Positions 35,441 to 49,500 of a DNA stretch of 64,000 bases are shown piece after piece; the first letter of the stretch is position 1; each line of letters starts with the position of its first letter. A program made the translations under genes and the position numbers. Origin of the DNA: Cetorhinus maximus (Eukaryota); the NCBI RefSeq assembly GCF_964194155.1, contig NC_135886.1, positions 73,842,001-73,906,000 on the forward strand, in the 5' to 3' direction. The notes beneath the pieces are model-generated. The model searched no databases, was not told the DNA's origin, and saw nothing but the letters and a program-made list of their open reading frames with translations.

Positions 35441-38400
35441 TATTAAATGACGACTGTCAATTCAACTATATTTATTACAACTCTGCTTCCTCTCAGTCAG
35501 ATTTTAAAACTTGACCTAATTCTCCCAAAGAAATCAGTTGTAGTCAGTTTAAGCAAAAATATTTGAAAAAGTTAACAGTAATAACTGTTGTGTAGGCTCT
35601 TGGTACTCACTTTCAGATTATCTTTCCTTGGACCCTTGCCAACTGAGCTGTGTGGCAACATTACAATACCTTTTACATTCCAAACTTAGATATATACAAA
35701 TATTGGTTACCGGAAAGATATGGTTCATGTTTCAATCTACCTTTCTTTCAAACATAGTATTTATAACATTGAAACAGGCCATTTGGCCCAACTGGTCTGG
35801 CAGGTGTTCAAGCTCCATAGAAGCTCCTCCCACCACATTTCCTGTAACCCTATCAGCATATCTCATTATTCCTTTTACTCTCCTCAAATGTATCGATGTT
35901 ATTCACCTCAGCTGTTCCATGTGGTAATGAGTGCCACATTCTAACCACCCACTGCATAAAGACCTTTGTCCTAAATTCCTTATTGGATTTATTAGTGACC
36001 AGCTTGTATTTAAGAAAATTTTCATTCTCTTTTTGTCTGTACTTTCTGATTCTCCAAGTGTCCTCTTCTGCTTCTCCTTACAGGTTTTCTTTTCTGATTC
36101 TTTCCCTGATGCAATCTTCCCTCAGGAACAGTAATTAGTCTCTTAGATAGCTCAGAACTATCTGAACACCAGAGTAGGAGGATGACATTCAAACCTCTTC
36201 TGCCATTCAAGAAGATGATGGCTGATCTTTATCTTAACTCCATCTACCCATCTAATTCAGCATGTGCTAAACTTTGTTTTCTTAAAGTCATTGGCCAAAC
36301 TGAGCAAAGCTCCAGCTGAGCAGCATAATAATACACGGTGCACAATGTGATATAACAATTCAGCCCTTGGGTTATGTTTTGGGATTCCTGGCTATTTCAT
36401 GCCAGAAGGATCTTGACAAGTTTTGTCAGGTTTACTTCACCAGGCATTAGATTCACAGAGTGACCAAGTGCTGGGTGAGGTTGGGCCACTTTGCAAAATG
36501 TTATCTCTCATCTACCAGTCCATCTTGAAACAATGGGGGTGAACTTTGATTTTCCAGTTGACTATTCACACTTATTATGCTTGGATATCCTATATGTTCC
36601 AGGATTGCAAGAGCAAGCTTCCCGGAATTCTCACCTAAAAATGAAATTGCTTCATTCAGTCTCTAATAAATCTTAAGACAAACCAGGAAATTCTTTTGAG
36701 GAAAATGAAAAGATTTTAAAAGATGAATATTAACAGCTTATTTGTTCTGTAGGTGCTCTTGGGGGACAAGCACTAAATAGGGCAGCTATCTGTACCTGCG
36801 ACTTTCAGAAATGAACAACTTGGATAACAAAAAACATTGTTAGTGGATGACCAACAACAGAACAAAGTAATATCTGATTTGGTCATACTGTTCTCAATCC
36901 TGCCTCCAACCAATTGGACTGATCCTAGCAACTATCACTATCCATCCCGCTTGATCGTGACTCTCCAGTTCCACCATATACCTACTTATGTTCAACGTCT
37001 TCATTCCTGTCATCCTCATGATTTAAATGGTTCTGACAGCTTCAGTCTCATCTTAAAAGTACCAGATTCGCTGATACTAATGAAGATTGATTCCTTATAG
37101 TCCTTCAAAAGATGTTAGGCCCATTTTTGGAAAATCACAGTGGAAAGAAGGTAAGATTTGGGGTAACAGCCAATAGTTTGGAATCTTCTGGGATTTGTCC
37201 AATTGCACTTGAAGGTTTGGAGAGACATTTTTCGCAGGCGTTTCTAAAATCTTTGCCTCTCCCAGGAGGTATGGGGAGAGGAAAAGGAATAGTGGGTGTA
37301 TGGGGTTGGTATACCCAAGTGGGATGAGTATGTATGGACTTAATTACTTTTCTCATTTTGAGTATGTAAAATGACGTAATGTGCAATATTAGTGACAATT
37401 ATGTTTTCTAATGACAGGCTGACACATGGATTGAACATTGAATGTCGGAGTAAAAGGTTGATGGTTAGCATACATGTTTTCTGCATGTAATATGCTTTGA
37501 AATGTCCCTTTGAATGTAATTTAGTGCTTTAGAATTATGTTATATCAAGGTTATGGGTTTCTCATCACCAGTGACACATTACCAATATAGAGAAAGTAGA
37601 ATAAAAATAGAAAATGCTGGAGGCACTCAGCAGATCAAGCAGTATCTGTGGAGAGAGGATAGTAGTTTCAAGTCAATGTCCATTTGTCAGAAGTGGTTCC
37701 ACAGATGCAGCCTGATTCTTAGCGTTTCTGTTTTTATTTCGGGTTTCCATCATATATGCCTTTGTTTTTTGTTATCAGGAAGGTAAACTCAGTGCCTCCA
37801 ATGCATCATATAGGGAACACTGGCACACTACAAAATCACACACAGGGAAAGCAGTCTTGAAGGTTGTGGTTATCTGCGTAAACACTATAGTGGCAACATA
37901 AAAACACTTCAAGGAGCCAGAAGCTCTAAAGGGTGGGAATTATTAAAGTTTAATGACTAAAGACCTGAATGCTGTTTGTGGTACTAATATATCAGTGGCC
38001 TAGAGTGTCATAATTAATTTTTTTTAAACATCCCTGTATCACTCTTTCATGCGGAAGTGACTCTGCAGTAGCTAGGTAAGGATGTTGACCTGTATTTAAA
38101 GCATGAGATCACAGAATGGCTACAGTGCAGAAGGAGCCATTTGGCCTGTCGTGTCTGCGCCAGCTATCTGAATGAGCAATTCAACTAGTGCCATTCTTCA
38201 CCTTCTCCTTGTAACCCTGCACATCCTTCCTTTTCAGATGCACTGTTCCAGAACAGTCCAGACTCAAGTTGCACACAGATGTGGTGTAATAGTTAGGTAC
38301 AGAAACAATTCCATCTAAGGTAGAAGGGAGTTGAGGGCCACGTTCATGTCCTCAGAGAAAAGCCTAATGCTCTTGTTAGTAAATGTGCTGGGAGAAAGTT

Positions 38401-38684
38401 CAAAGGTCAACGTTCTGCCAAGATGACATCTGGATGCTTTCATTCTTGGCAATTTACTTTCAATATTCATGACTCCACAAGCGTTTCTACTTAGTTTGAA
38501 GACAAAAGCAGAGAGATAATCCTCAGTATATGATACCAAACGGCATCCAAGCTACCTTTCATAATCATTTTTTAATTTTTAAAATTTGGTATAGATTCAT
38601 AGCAGCAGTGCAGAATAGTTCTTTGCCTACTATTAACTGCTTCCAGCACTACTTTAGTTCACAGATCCAATTATCATTGTATTT

Positions 38685-38805
38685 AAAAACAGAAATGCTA
38701 AAAATACTCAGCAGGCCAGGCAACATCAGTAGTGAAAGGCCATTGACCTGAAGTGTCACAGATGCTGCCTGGCCTGCTAAGTATTTCACATTTTCAGTCT
38801 TTTTG
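38685..38805. repeat. Fold-back (inverted) Penelope-tail hairpin
   Basis: 38702-38730 and 38758-38786 are reverse complements with 3 mismatches in 29 bp. Confidence 0.75.
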
Positions 38806-39794
38806 GATTTTGTTTGTGTTTTATTTTTGTATTTACATGCCACTTGGTGTAATATTAGGTCTGGTTTGATATCTGCTTTTTCTGCACTGTGAAAACTACT
38901 TTCTGTGTTATTGAGAATTTCTGTCTTGTACGCCACACTGAAGATTTGTGAGCCACAGCACCATTCTGAAGAGGGAGATACCATCAGAAGAACTGCATGT
39001 CATTTTTTTCCATGTTAGGTGCAGTCAATAGAATGATATCCCAAAGCAAATTATGGCTGTTACACAAGTTGTTGGAAGCAATATAACCAGTGCCAAAGAT
39101 TTGAAATGTTATCACTAACATTCTTCACAGTTGCTGCCTGGCCTGATTCTCATTACAGGAATGATAGTTCTTAACAAAGAGAGAAAAATATGAAGTTAAA
39201 GCAACATTTAACTGGCTCTAAGATCCTTCTGAAAACTCATCTCATTGATTATGCTTTTGGCCCCTCCTCTTAATCTCTCCTTTGACTTGGTGTACATTTT
39301 CCTCGTATCTCTGGTGCCTTGGCGAGTTTTGTACATGGCGCTATTTAAATGCTGGCCGTTGTTGATACAAAACCATGCAAACCAGATTTCATTCCTGGTC
39401 TGGGCTCAGTTCTTTAATCTCAGCAGGGACACCATTAGGAATTCAACAAATAACCTTGGAGTCCTGAATGATAAAGCGCGGTGGAAAATCAACCAAAGTT
39501 TGCACTGTTGATTGACACTTGCTGGGACTTGCATCTGTCTAATTTAGGTAAGGACAGCTAACCTATGATACTGATTGTAGTAGAATGAACGACTATAACA
39601 TTCACAGTTTAGACCCACGGATTGAAAAAAAATCTAGTTGGACAACCATAGGAGGATTCCCTTCCTGTGGAACTGCACCAGTCACTGCTTTCATCAGGAA
39701 ATTGCAAGGGAACAAATCAGTTCCAGTTATAACATTTTAGATATTAAAAATATAATTTGCACTGAAGATAAAAAAAAACTAATTTAAAAATGCT

Positions 39795-40020
39795 TGACGC
39801 ATAGAGAGATTTTATATTTAATTAAATGAAGCGGCACATGTAGCTTTAAAGTCCCCTGTCAGTGACGGATACTCTCGGCTATGTTGTGAGCAGTGCTTTG
39901 TCCTGGCGCTAGCGCTCAGCCTCCATCACTGCGTCAATTTCACCTGATCAATTACTGCGTGGCCCCATTAATCAGCACAAAAAAAACAACGCGTGGGGAG
40001 CGAGAGGGAAAAAAAGGAGC
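39795..40020 (+). promoter_or_regulatory. RAB33A proximal promoter region
   Basis: Local CpG enrichment; CRE half-site motifs TGACGCA 39795-39801 and TGCGTCA 39930-39936, 300-500 bp upstream of the ATG. Confidence 0.4.
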
Positions 40021-40293
40021 AGCCTTCTAACATTTCCAGTTTTATCAGCAACCCAATCCTTTCCATTCAAGCTGGAAAAGAATCCAACAAGCTTTGACCT
40101 GCTGGTAACGATGTTGGTTCAGACAATCTCAGCCCCGACACAAATGTTGTGTATTTAATTTTTATGTTAGATCTTTTGACTGGCCAGCTGTGGTTTCATC
40201 GGTGGATAAGGACTCCTTATCCCTTTAAGCGTGAAAAGATCATTTTATGAAGATTTGTTTCACTTTCGCTAATCATACAAAGAGGTTTCCAAT

Positions 40294-40548
40294 ATGGCAA
40301 ATCAACTGGCGGCGAATGGCGAGACCCGGGGGTTCACATCTAAAAAGGTGTCCACGGATTATGAATCATCTTTGGAACTCTCCGTGCAAGCGCGGATATT
40401 TAAAATTATTGTAATCGGCGATTCCAATGTCGGTAAGACATGTCTGACCTTCAGGTTCTGTGGAGGGACGTTTCCCGACAAGACCGAAGCCACCATAGGG
40501 GTAGATTTCCGAGAGAAACCGGTGAATATAGAAGGAGAAACGATCAAG
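40294..40548 (+). CDS. RAB33A: RAB33A exon 1 (P-loop, switch I)
   Basis: aatATGG; ATC AAG|gtaacc; 85 codons. Confidence 0.94.
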
Positions 40549-43500
40549 GTAACCAGCATGATGATAGATGTATTGGCATGATCAACTATATTGTGTTTCC
40601 TTGTGTATGCGGGCGTCTTAATTCTATTACCCTTCCCCATTGGCGAAATATTGACTAGCCCAGTCTGCTTGCTTTCATGAGCATGCCAGTCTTATTAGGA
40701 GTAGATCACTATGTGAGGCAGACCTGCGTTCTAGTGATGTCTTCATTTCAAACCTCCCTATGGGAGAAAGCCTCATATCCAAACTTGCCGATGACACAGA
40801 AATAAGTGAGATTTCAAGCAGTGTAGGGGGAAGCATAAAATTACAAAGCGATATTGATATATTAAGTAAATAGACAAAGCTGAGCAAATGGATTTCAGGG
40901 CAGGCAAATGTTAGATCACCCACTTTGGACCTAAGAGAGAGAGAGAGAGAGAGAGAAGGTTCCTTCTAAATGGTGTAAAGCTAGAAAGAGTGGAGGTCCA
41001 AAGAGACTTGGGGATGCAGATAGATAAATAATTAGACTGTGTAGTGGACAGGTATAGAAAAATAATCAAAAAAGCGATCAGAATGCTAGCCTTTACATCT
41101 GGAAGACTAGAATGCCAGAGGATGGCAGCCATGCTTCAGGCATCCAAGTTCTGGTTAGACCATACCTGTGAGCAGTTCTGGGCACCACAGCTTAGGAATG
41201 GTATATTGACCTTGGAGGGAGTGTAGTGTAGGTTGGTCAGAATGGTTGATCAGAGTCTTCTGAGGAAGAGTCATACAGACTTGAAACGTTAACTCTGTCT
41301 TTCTCTCCACAGATGCTGTCAGACCTGCTGAGTTTTTCCAGCATTTTTTGTTTTTGTTTCAGATTTCCAGCATCTGCAGTATTTTGCCTTTATATTTGAT
41401 CAGAATGGTACCTGGACTCCAAGGGTTAAGTCAGGAGCAGATTGGGTAGACATAGAGAAACTATTTCTGCTGGTAGAGAACTGTAGAACTAGGACATTGT
41501 CTAAAAATCAGAACTAGACCTTTCAGGAATGAAATTAGGAAACACATCTACAAACAAAGGGTGGGAGATCAATTGTTAATTTTAAATCTGAAATTGATAG
41601 ATTTTTGTATTAAGGGATATGTGCTTGAGGGATTAAATGACCTACCCCTGTACCAATGTTCTTGTGCTCCTATATCCACCCCTAATCAGAGTCCTAAATA
41701 TTTACTGGAGGGAAGGTCAGTTTTCCATCGTCTTGCTGACCAGGAGAGGTATGACTTATTTAGTGCACAAAATGCACTAAATATACACTATCATTTTGGT
41801 GAAGTTGATCCAGTTTTTGAACACACTACATTTTCACAAATTTTGATTAGCTTCAGATAAGTGTGAGGTTATCCATTTTGGTTGGAAGAATAAAAAGGAA
41901 ATAAATGGAGAGAAACTTCAGAATGCTTCAGTGCAGAGGGATCTGGGTGTCCTCGTGCATGAATTGCTGAAAGCTAGTATGCAGGTACAGCAGGTAATAA
42001 GGAAGGCAAATGGAATTTTGGCATTTATTGCTAAAGGAATAGAGTATAAAAATAGGGTAGTGTTGTTGCAACTGTACGAGGCATTGGTGAGACTGCACCT
42101 GGAGCACTGTGGTCCCCTTTCTTGAGGAAGGATGTAGTTGCATTGGAGGCAGTTCAGAGGAGGTTCACTAGATTAATTCCAGAGATGCGGGGCTTGTCTT
42201 ATGAGGAGAGATTGAGCAGTTTAGGCCTATACTCGTTAAGAGTTTAGAAGGATGAGAGGAGATATAATTGAGGTATATAAGATGCTAAAGGGGATGGACA
42301 AAGTAGATGTGGAGCAGATGTTTCCTCTTGTCGGGCATTCTAGAATGAGAGGCCATAGTTTTAGGCTAAGGGGTGGTAGACTTAAATCAGAGGTGAGGAG
42401 GAATTACTTTTCTCAAAGGGTCGTGAATCTGTGGAATTCCCTACCTCAGAGTGCAGTGGATGCCGGGACGCTGAATAAATTTAAGGAGGAGATAGACAAA
42501 TTTTTAATTAGTAACGGGTTGAAAGGGTATGGGGAGAGGGCGGGAAATTGGAGTTGAGGCCGAAAAGAGATCAGCCATGATCGCATTGAACAGTGGGGCA
42601 GTTGAGAGTTTCTGCTTCCACCACCAAACCAGGAAGCGAATTCCAAACACCCATCACCCTCTGGGTGAAGAAGTTTTTCCTCTTGTCCCTTCTAATCCTT
42701 CTACCAATCATCCTAAATCTGTGCCCCTGTTAGCGGAAACAGGGCATCCTTGTCTACTCTACCTAGGCCCCTCATAATCTTGTACACCTCAATCAGGTCA
42801 CCCCTCAGCCTCCTCAGTTCCAAGGAAAACAATGCCAGCCTATCCAATTTCTCCTCATGCTGTTATTTTCAAGCCCTGGCAACATTCTTGTAAATCTCCT
42901 CTGTACTCTCTCCAGAGCAATTATGTCCTTCCTGTAATGTGGTGACCAGAACTGAACACAAAATTCCAGCTGTGGTATAACCAGCATTCTATACAGTTCA
43001 ATCATCACATCCCTGCTTTTATATTCAATACCCCGTACAATAAAGGAAAGCATTCTATATGCTTTATTTACCACCTTATCAACCTGGCTGCCACCTTCAG
43101 GGACCTGTGGACATACAGTCCAAAGTCTCCCACTTCCTCTACCCCTCCCAATATCCTCCCATTTATTGTGTATTCCCTTGCTTTGTTTGCCCTCTCCAAA
43201 TGCATTACCTCACACTTATCTGGATGGAATTCCATTTGCACTTTTCTACCCACTCAACCAAATAATTGATATCATTCTAGAGACATAGCTATCCTTTTCA
43301 CTATCAACTACACCACCAACTTCTCCAACCTAACTTTGTAGCTAAAATCCTTCAACCTTGGAACTATTCTGCACTCTGTCAAGGACCCTCACATTCTTCC
43401 TAAACTGTAGTGACCAGAACTGGAAGCAGCTGAGGAACCTCTCTGGGATGTCCAAACCTGCCTTCACCTGCTATATGCTTATATATGCACTTTGATCAAA

Positions 43501-46500
43501 GAGTACTGGATAGCGATCAGGATTGGGAGCTCTGACTGAATTTTCATTCCTTAACTTTGGGACATTGAGGCCAATTGTTGCTCTCTTAGCTGATTTCTGC
43601 CAAGGTAATACTAAGATCACAAATAACAGATCAAATTTGGGACATTTCTGGCCTATCACTGAATGACTGAGGGAGCTCCACTGTGATTTTTATACGAAAT
43701 CAGTGCATACCACCAATTCATGGCACTGCACACTGTCTGGGATATTGGGATATCAATGGACAATCAATCGATTTGTATGACCTGCTTCAGTGGGCCACTA
43801 CAGCCATACTAGTCTGAAAACACCTAATTTTGTCTGATCTTGGAAGCTAAGCAGACTCAGGCCTGGTTAGTACTTGGATGGGAGACTGCCTGGGAATAAC
43901 AGGTGCAGTAGGCTTTATGTTGGTAAGTTTCCTTTGAATTTTGTCTTTGTTTTTGCAGTTTCCCTTTAAGGGGCTGCTTTTACTTTATCTCTGATTTTGT
44001 TAATTTAGTTTAATTGTTTGACTCAAAAGAGTTACAAGGTAATTAGTACAAGGATGATGGATGTGGGTTGGGGGTTAAAGAGGGGAGAAATACTTCCAGA
44101 CCTAATTAAGGGGACAGCTAGTGAAGGTGACATTGTTTATTATTTGTACAAGTATCTTGTTGATAGGTGTAATATTCGACACATCTTTTTTCAGTATGTA
44201 ATGTGCCATAATAGGTGTCTTTGAAACTAATACTGCTGTGGTAGGTGCTCCAGAAAATCTCATGCATCCCTGGTGACTGATAGTAAAGAGATTTAAGAAG
44301 GAATTTGTGCAATTTCTTTCATGGTTCACCTCCTCTTTGCAACCAGACCCTGCTTTTTAGGGAACCCTGTCTCATTTTATGATCTGAGCTTCTATTTTTT
44401 TCAAAAATTTTAATGTATGTAAGTGTTCAGCTGGACCGGAAGAAACTCTAGTGTATGTAGGTGGAGGTGAGAATCGAATTTCTTTGAAGACGTGCCAAAC
44501 TGCTTTTAATGTAAGCATCATCTTTAACCTGCCACACTTCTGTCACATTATTGTTCCCAATACAGAAAATTTGAGATTGCAAGCAGCTCAAGGATTTAAA
44601 ATGGCAGAATATGAGGTCTTTGTATGTACTTGCTATTGTTTAATGTGGAGCTTAAAGTTTTGTCCACCTAGGTATATTGTAGCAATATGTTTCCAAATAG
44701 AATAGCATATATTTGATTGATTGAGAACTGAAGACATTTTGATGGAATTCAGGTGAATTTTTTCAGCAAATGGATAATTGACTTGTAGAATAGACTATTG
44801 GTGGAAGGCCACTCACACTGTGCAAACAATACGTTTCATATAAATGGTGGGAGAATCTTGGCTGCAACGCATTCACTTCTTTTGAGCTTTTTAGCCCACC
44901 ACCCGTTCCTAGGAACATGCAACCCAGAATCTGGGGTCGAGAAACACTCTCGAAAGAGAATTTATGGGGGAATTCCACCACAAGCTTCCAAACACTCTGG
45001 TGCATTGATGGAAGTTACTGTTGCAAATATTACGATCAGTTCCCTTAGGATTCATTAAGTTTTGGCCAGAATATAAATTTTTTTTCCCCAATGCTAAGTG
45101 GTCTTTAACAATGTAGCTAAATGAGACAATGACATAACTCTTTGGTGTGATTACATGCTGTATCATGCAATTCTAGTCACAAACTCTGAACAGATATGAA
45201 GTGCTTCCTGGAGGGTGAACAAAGTGGAAGTCATTGTTGTGCACATCTGAGATTCTGACTGGAATGGTATTGATAAGGAATTGGAACTTGCCAGGTTCCT
45301 TTGTCTGCGAATGGACAGTGTCATGACTGTAGTTGACAATAATAGAGGTTGAACAATAAAACATAACTTCATTGAAATCAATTACGCCTTTTCAGCTTCA
45401 GTAAAATGTCCCTTACTAAAATATGTTAGAATCTTTCAAGCTGTATCCTGTCAAAGTAGTGTGTAGAAAATTTGGATCTTACCTAGAATTAAAAATGAAC
45501 AAGAGAAATTAAGCTTTTTTTCTTAAAAAAAAAAGCTACCAGCAATCCTGAAACAAGAGAAAAGAAAGGCAACTGCCATTGGGGGTTTGATCATGTGATA
45601 TTTGATCACATGACATGCCCACATTCTGCAAAGGCTTTTGATTTGCCTTATAAAAGTGGGTCCCCTGTAGTTAAGTGTCTTACTCCCGAATTCATGCCAG
45701 CAGTTATCACATGAGAAATTCTGAGAACTAAAACATTGCCAGGAGCTGAAGAATGTGCTTCAGGTTTACACCTGTGCACCAAGCTCTACTTTTCTCCAGA
45801 TTCCTAGCAGCACTGACGTAATGACTGTAAGGGCATTTGATTTGAAACATATTATATTGGTAGCCATGTTTGTCTGATTTAATAACACCACTGATCTAAC
45901 AATGAATCAGAGACATTTAAGGGTCAAATAAATTAATTTGCATGCATTTGATCAAACTGTGGTATTGGAATCTGTTGAAAGAAAATGGTCGGATCAGATT
46001 TCATTAAAAAATGCTCAATTTTCAAGGTTTCAAGTGTTATTATTTCCCTTGAGACTCCTGACACTAGGTCAGGAAAGATACACTCCGCTTGCTGCATATC
46101 CAAACTCACTTCCCTTGGTTCACAAGGCTGGTGATGTCAGCCAATGCAGGACAGCACAAGGTGGCAGCACGTTATGTGAAAGAAATGGCTTTTGTCCAAT
46201 TTTTTTCTCCCCACCATCCATAGTGGCAGAGAAACCACTCATCTCAGCAATGCCTAAAATGATGGTCCTGAGAGAACAGTGCCAGACCACCCTCCCCTGC
46301 TCCACCCCAGAAGGCCAACAACATTAACCAGCTGTTGTTTTAATTTCAAACAGAGAACGCCCTTCATTTCGAATGCATTTCTCTGCTTTTAGTCTGGAGA
46401 GTTTTTCCATCAAGCGTGTGTGGGCTGGCAAACTGAATTCTCAAAGAAGCTAAAGATACCTGACGTCCTGTTGTTACTACTTTCAGCTGAGTTTCATAAT

Positions 46501-49500
46501 CCTTACAGATCATATCACTGAATAAAAATATCTATTAACTTTGCATTACATTTATTTTGAAGACATAACCTTGTGATATAACTTGGCATTTTCTATACTA
46601 AGCTACAAAGTGTGTATGATTCAACAGTTTCATTACAAGATCATCATAAAATAATAAAGCATTGGATTTTGAATTAAAAACCTTACATTGTTTAATGGGG
46701 GAAGGAGGTTAAATTCACTTCACAAATCCAAATTAAATTGGCTTTGGAACTTGGCAATTCTAGTGCTGTCAGTAACAACCCCTGCATTGTGGGGAAAAAC
46801 ATTGATTTGCATTTATATAGTACTTTTAGCGAAATGCACAGGAGCATCACTGGACTAAAACTGACGCTGAACACAGTAAAATAAAAACAAGCTGGTCTCC
46901 AGGGAATCCAAGACTCACCAAAAGGAGTGGTTTCTATTGCACTTCTTGAGGCAGCACCAATACTGGTAACAGAAACACTGCTGCTTGACGTGGATTGGTG
47001 TCAGGCAGGAATTGAGGACTGGGCACTGAGGTACATGGTCCAAACCCCACATCAAAGTACTTTTCTCCTGTGTGACTGACAGTAGCACCTGGGAGATTAA
47101 TTCCGAGATAATCTGCGGGGCCTGGCAATCCTAACTGGATGTTTGCTTCAAAAGCAGATAATAGATCTGCCATAGTATTCATATGTAGTGTGGGGCTGTG
47201 CAGTAGAACAGTCAGAGTTGGGCAAGTTCAGGAAATTAGGGAAACTGTGATCATTCCTGAACAGAAATAGGGAAAATATGAAACTTAAACCACGCTGCAT
47301 AATTTGCGCCACATACTGGGCAGATATTTTACTGACTGATATATTGTGTGGGAAACCACCCAACATTACTACGTCAGCCACTCATCAGACACAAAACTCT
47401 TTTGTCTATAAATATAGTGGAAGCTCTTTGTTCTCAAAGTTAGGCTGAATAATATGGTAGCAGTAACTGGATTTTTAAGTAATTAAGGTCCATTTTTTTT
47501 TTAAGGTGAATAAAGCAGTCATCTGTCTCCGTCGGGATTTGCCAATGGAAATCTTGATGTCCGTAGGACCTCTGGCATTTTAACGGCCTACAGCTTGCAC
47601 CCCAGTCAGTAAAACTTATCAAGAAAAGGAGGCCCTCTAAGGCAAATTTAAAACTTTCCTTTGTCAGACCAGAAGGAACAGGAGTGCTTCCTGGGGCCCC
47701 ACAAAGAGAGCCCCAGCTTCTGGCTCCTCACTTATTCTTTCCACCCCACCCCAGTTTCATCCTCCTTAGTGCTGGTGGGAGGCCTGTGAGCCCCCCTCAT
47801 TGTGACCTGCTTGAAGCTGGCCAAGCTACCTTCTGTCGCCAGTTTGGGGCAGAGAGCTGGCAGGTGGGATATAAGTGCAGCTCAGCTGTTAAAATTAGCT
47901 GGCTGAGAAAACTGTCATTTCTTTCTGTTTGGGAGTTAAAATCCACCCTCCTAATTCTGGACAATTACTTCAAATTAAATTGCAGGAGTAAGTAGGACAA
48001 GAGGCCACAAAAATGTACTGAGAAAAGCTCTGCAGGGAACCACAGCTGTGAAACTGCCTTCTCTCATTGTGTCACAGCACTCTGTTCCATCCACTGCACT
48101 GTCCTTGTGGCAGGTTACTTATTCCCATTCATATTCTTATCACAAATGATATGCGTTTAGCAACCAAAATACTGTAATCTCAGGGAAGGGGCTCTACTTT
48201 TGGCTGAGTAGCTAATTCCACTCTCCACTCTGGTGCTGCACCACACAGACCAGAAAGTCTGGTGTTTAATTTTTGTTTCATGATGACTTAGTTAATGCCA
48301 ACTGAAACGGGGAAGCATGCAGTTGGGAGACTATGGAAAGAGAAAAATATCACCTAGGATTCTGAGCGCTGATCACTATCCAATGACCTCTCATAGAGCG
48401 CATGCCTTTGTGGAGATCTGCTTTGGACTTGGCTTTGATGCCCCCTCCTTCCAATAGTTGAACAGCCCAACTATTCCCACCATTCCCACCCCAGCTGAGA
48501 TCACTTTACTCAGTGCAGATCAAGAATTAACCAATTACCTTTCTGATGTGGATATGTCACTGCTATATCAGATGAGGTATTCCATCACCAAGCCCTTGAA
48601 TGAAATCAACTTGCTTATTTCTTACTGAAACATGGTTACATCTTGTTTTAAGCAGAAATTTCAGACTTATCAGCCAATGATTCATTGTTGCAATGGAAAG
48701 GTTTTTATGTCAGAAAGCTCCTTGTCTGAGGAGGTAAGGGGAAAATTGTCCAATAGATCACTCTAGGTTACCTTTTGCAGATGCCAAAAAAGTATTGTGT
48801 GGTGAAAATCCAGAAAAAGAGAAGTAAATGGAAGTGAGCAGGATAACCAAGTGTTAAATAGATCCCCTTCAAACCTGTATGAAGCCATGAGATTCTCTGG
48901 CTAGAGCTCTATTTAACATAGAGATCTATCTACTGTTAAAACAGATTTTTCACCTGCAGGTTGGAGGCAAATTGCTGCACTTCTGGATAATGATTTACAT
49001 TATTGCAAGTTAGAATGGGGAGAGAAAAGATATTTATTAACACGCTGTTGTCCTGGCTCCCTGCTGTACTATCTCCGTGCAGATGAACTGATGCAGCTGC
49101 TTAAGTCAATTGACCCAAAACTCTATTCACAGGATTACTCCTAATGAGAGATTCAATGTTGCAGTTATGAGATCTGTGTTGTACTCTGGACCACCAGGTG
49201 ATATGTATGGAATATGGAAGCACCAGGAACAACGAGATGTTTTGGTTTCTATAGGCTCCTGTAGGGTCCAGAAGAGGGGGTTGCACATGGTGCTAATCAC
49301 CGGGGTCCATGCTCTAGGGGGGTCCCAGGCTTATTGTCGCAGTAGCCTGTCCATCTGGATGGTCAATGTCCAAAGCAGCCAATTGCATACATGGACCATC
49401 CCCATAGACAGGCTACTCGGCCAAAGATTGGTGTTGTTCTGAACAACCACTGACTGAATAGAATGTGCCTGGTTCCCCATCAGTGAGAGATTGGGCCTGG

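Larger units (their letters stand above)
40780..41670 (+). mobile_element. Old CR1 LINE fragment interrupted by a short PLE insertion; (GA)n at about 40933-40957
   Basis: ORF remnant [11 protein letters not shown]...EQFWAPQLR. Confidence 0.65.

Noticed and set aside
39890-39990. REST/NRSE-like site in the RAB33A promoter
   Set aside because: Only half-site matches with wrong spacing
43796-43916. Functional 5S rRNA gene or SINE3 head
   Set aside because: Single copy, complete CpG loss, mismatched 5' terminal stem, no T4 terminator and no recognisable LINE-derived tail
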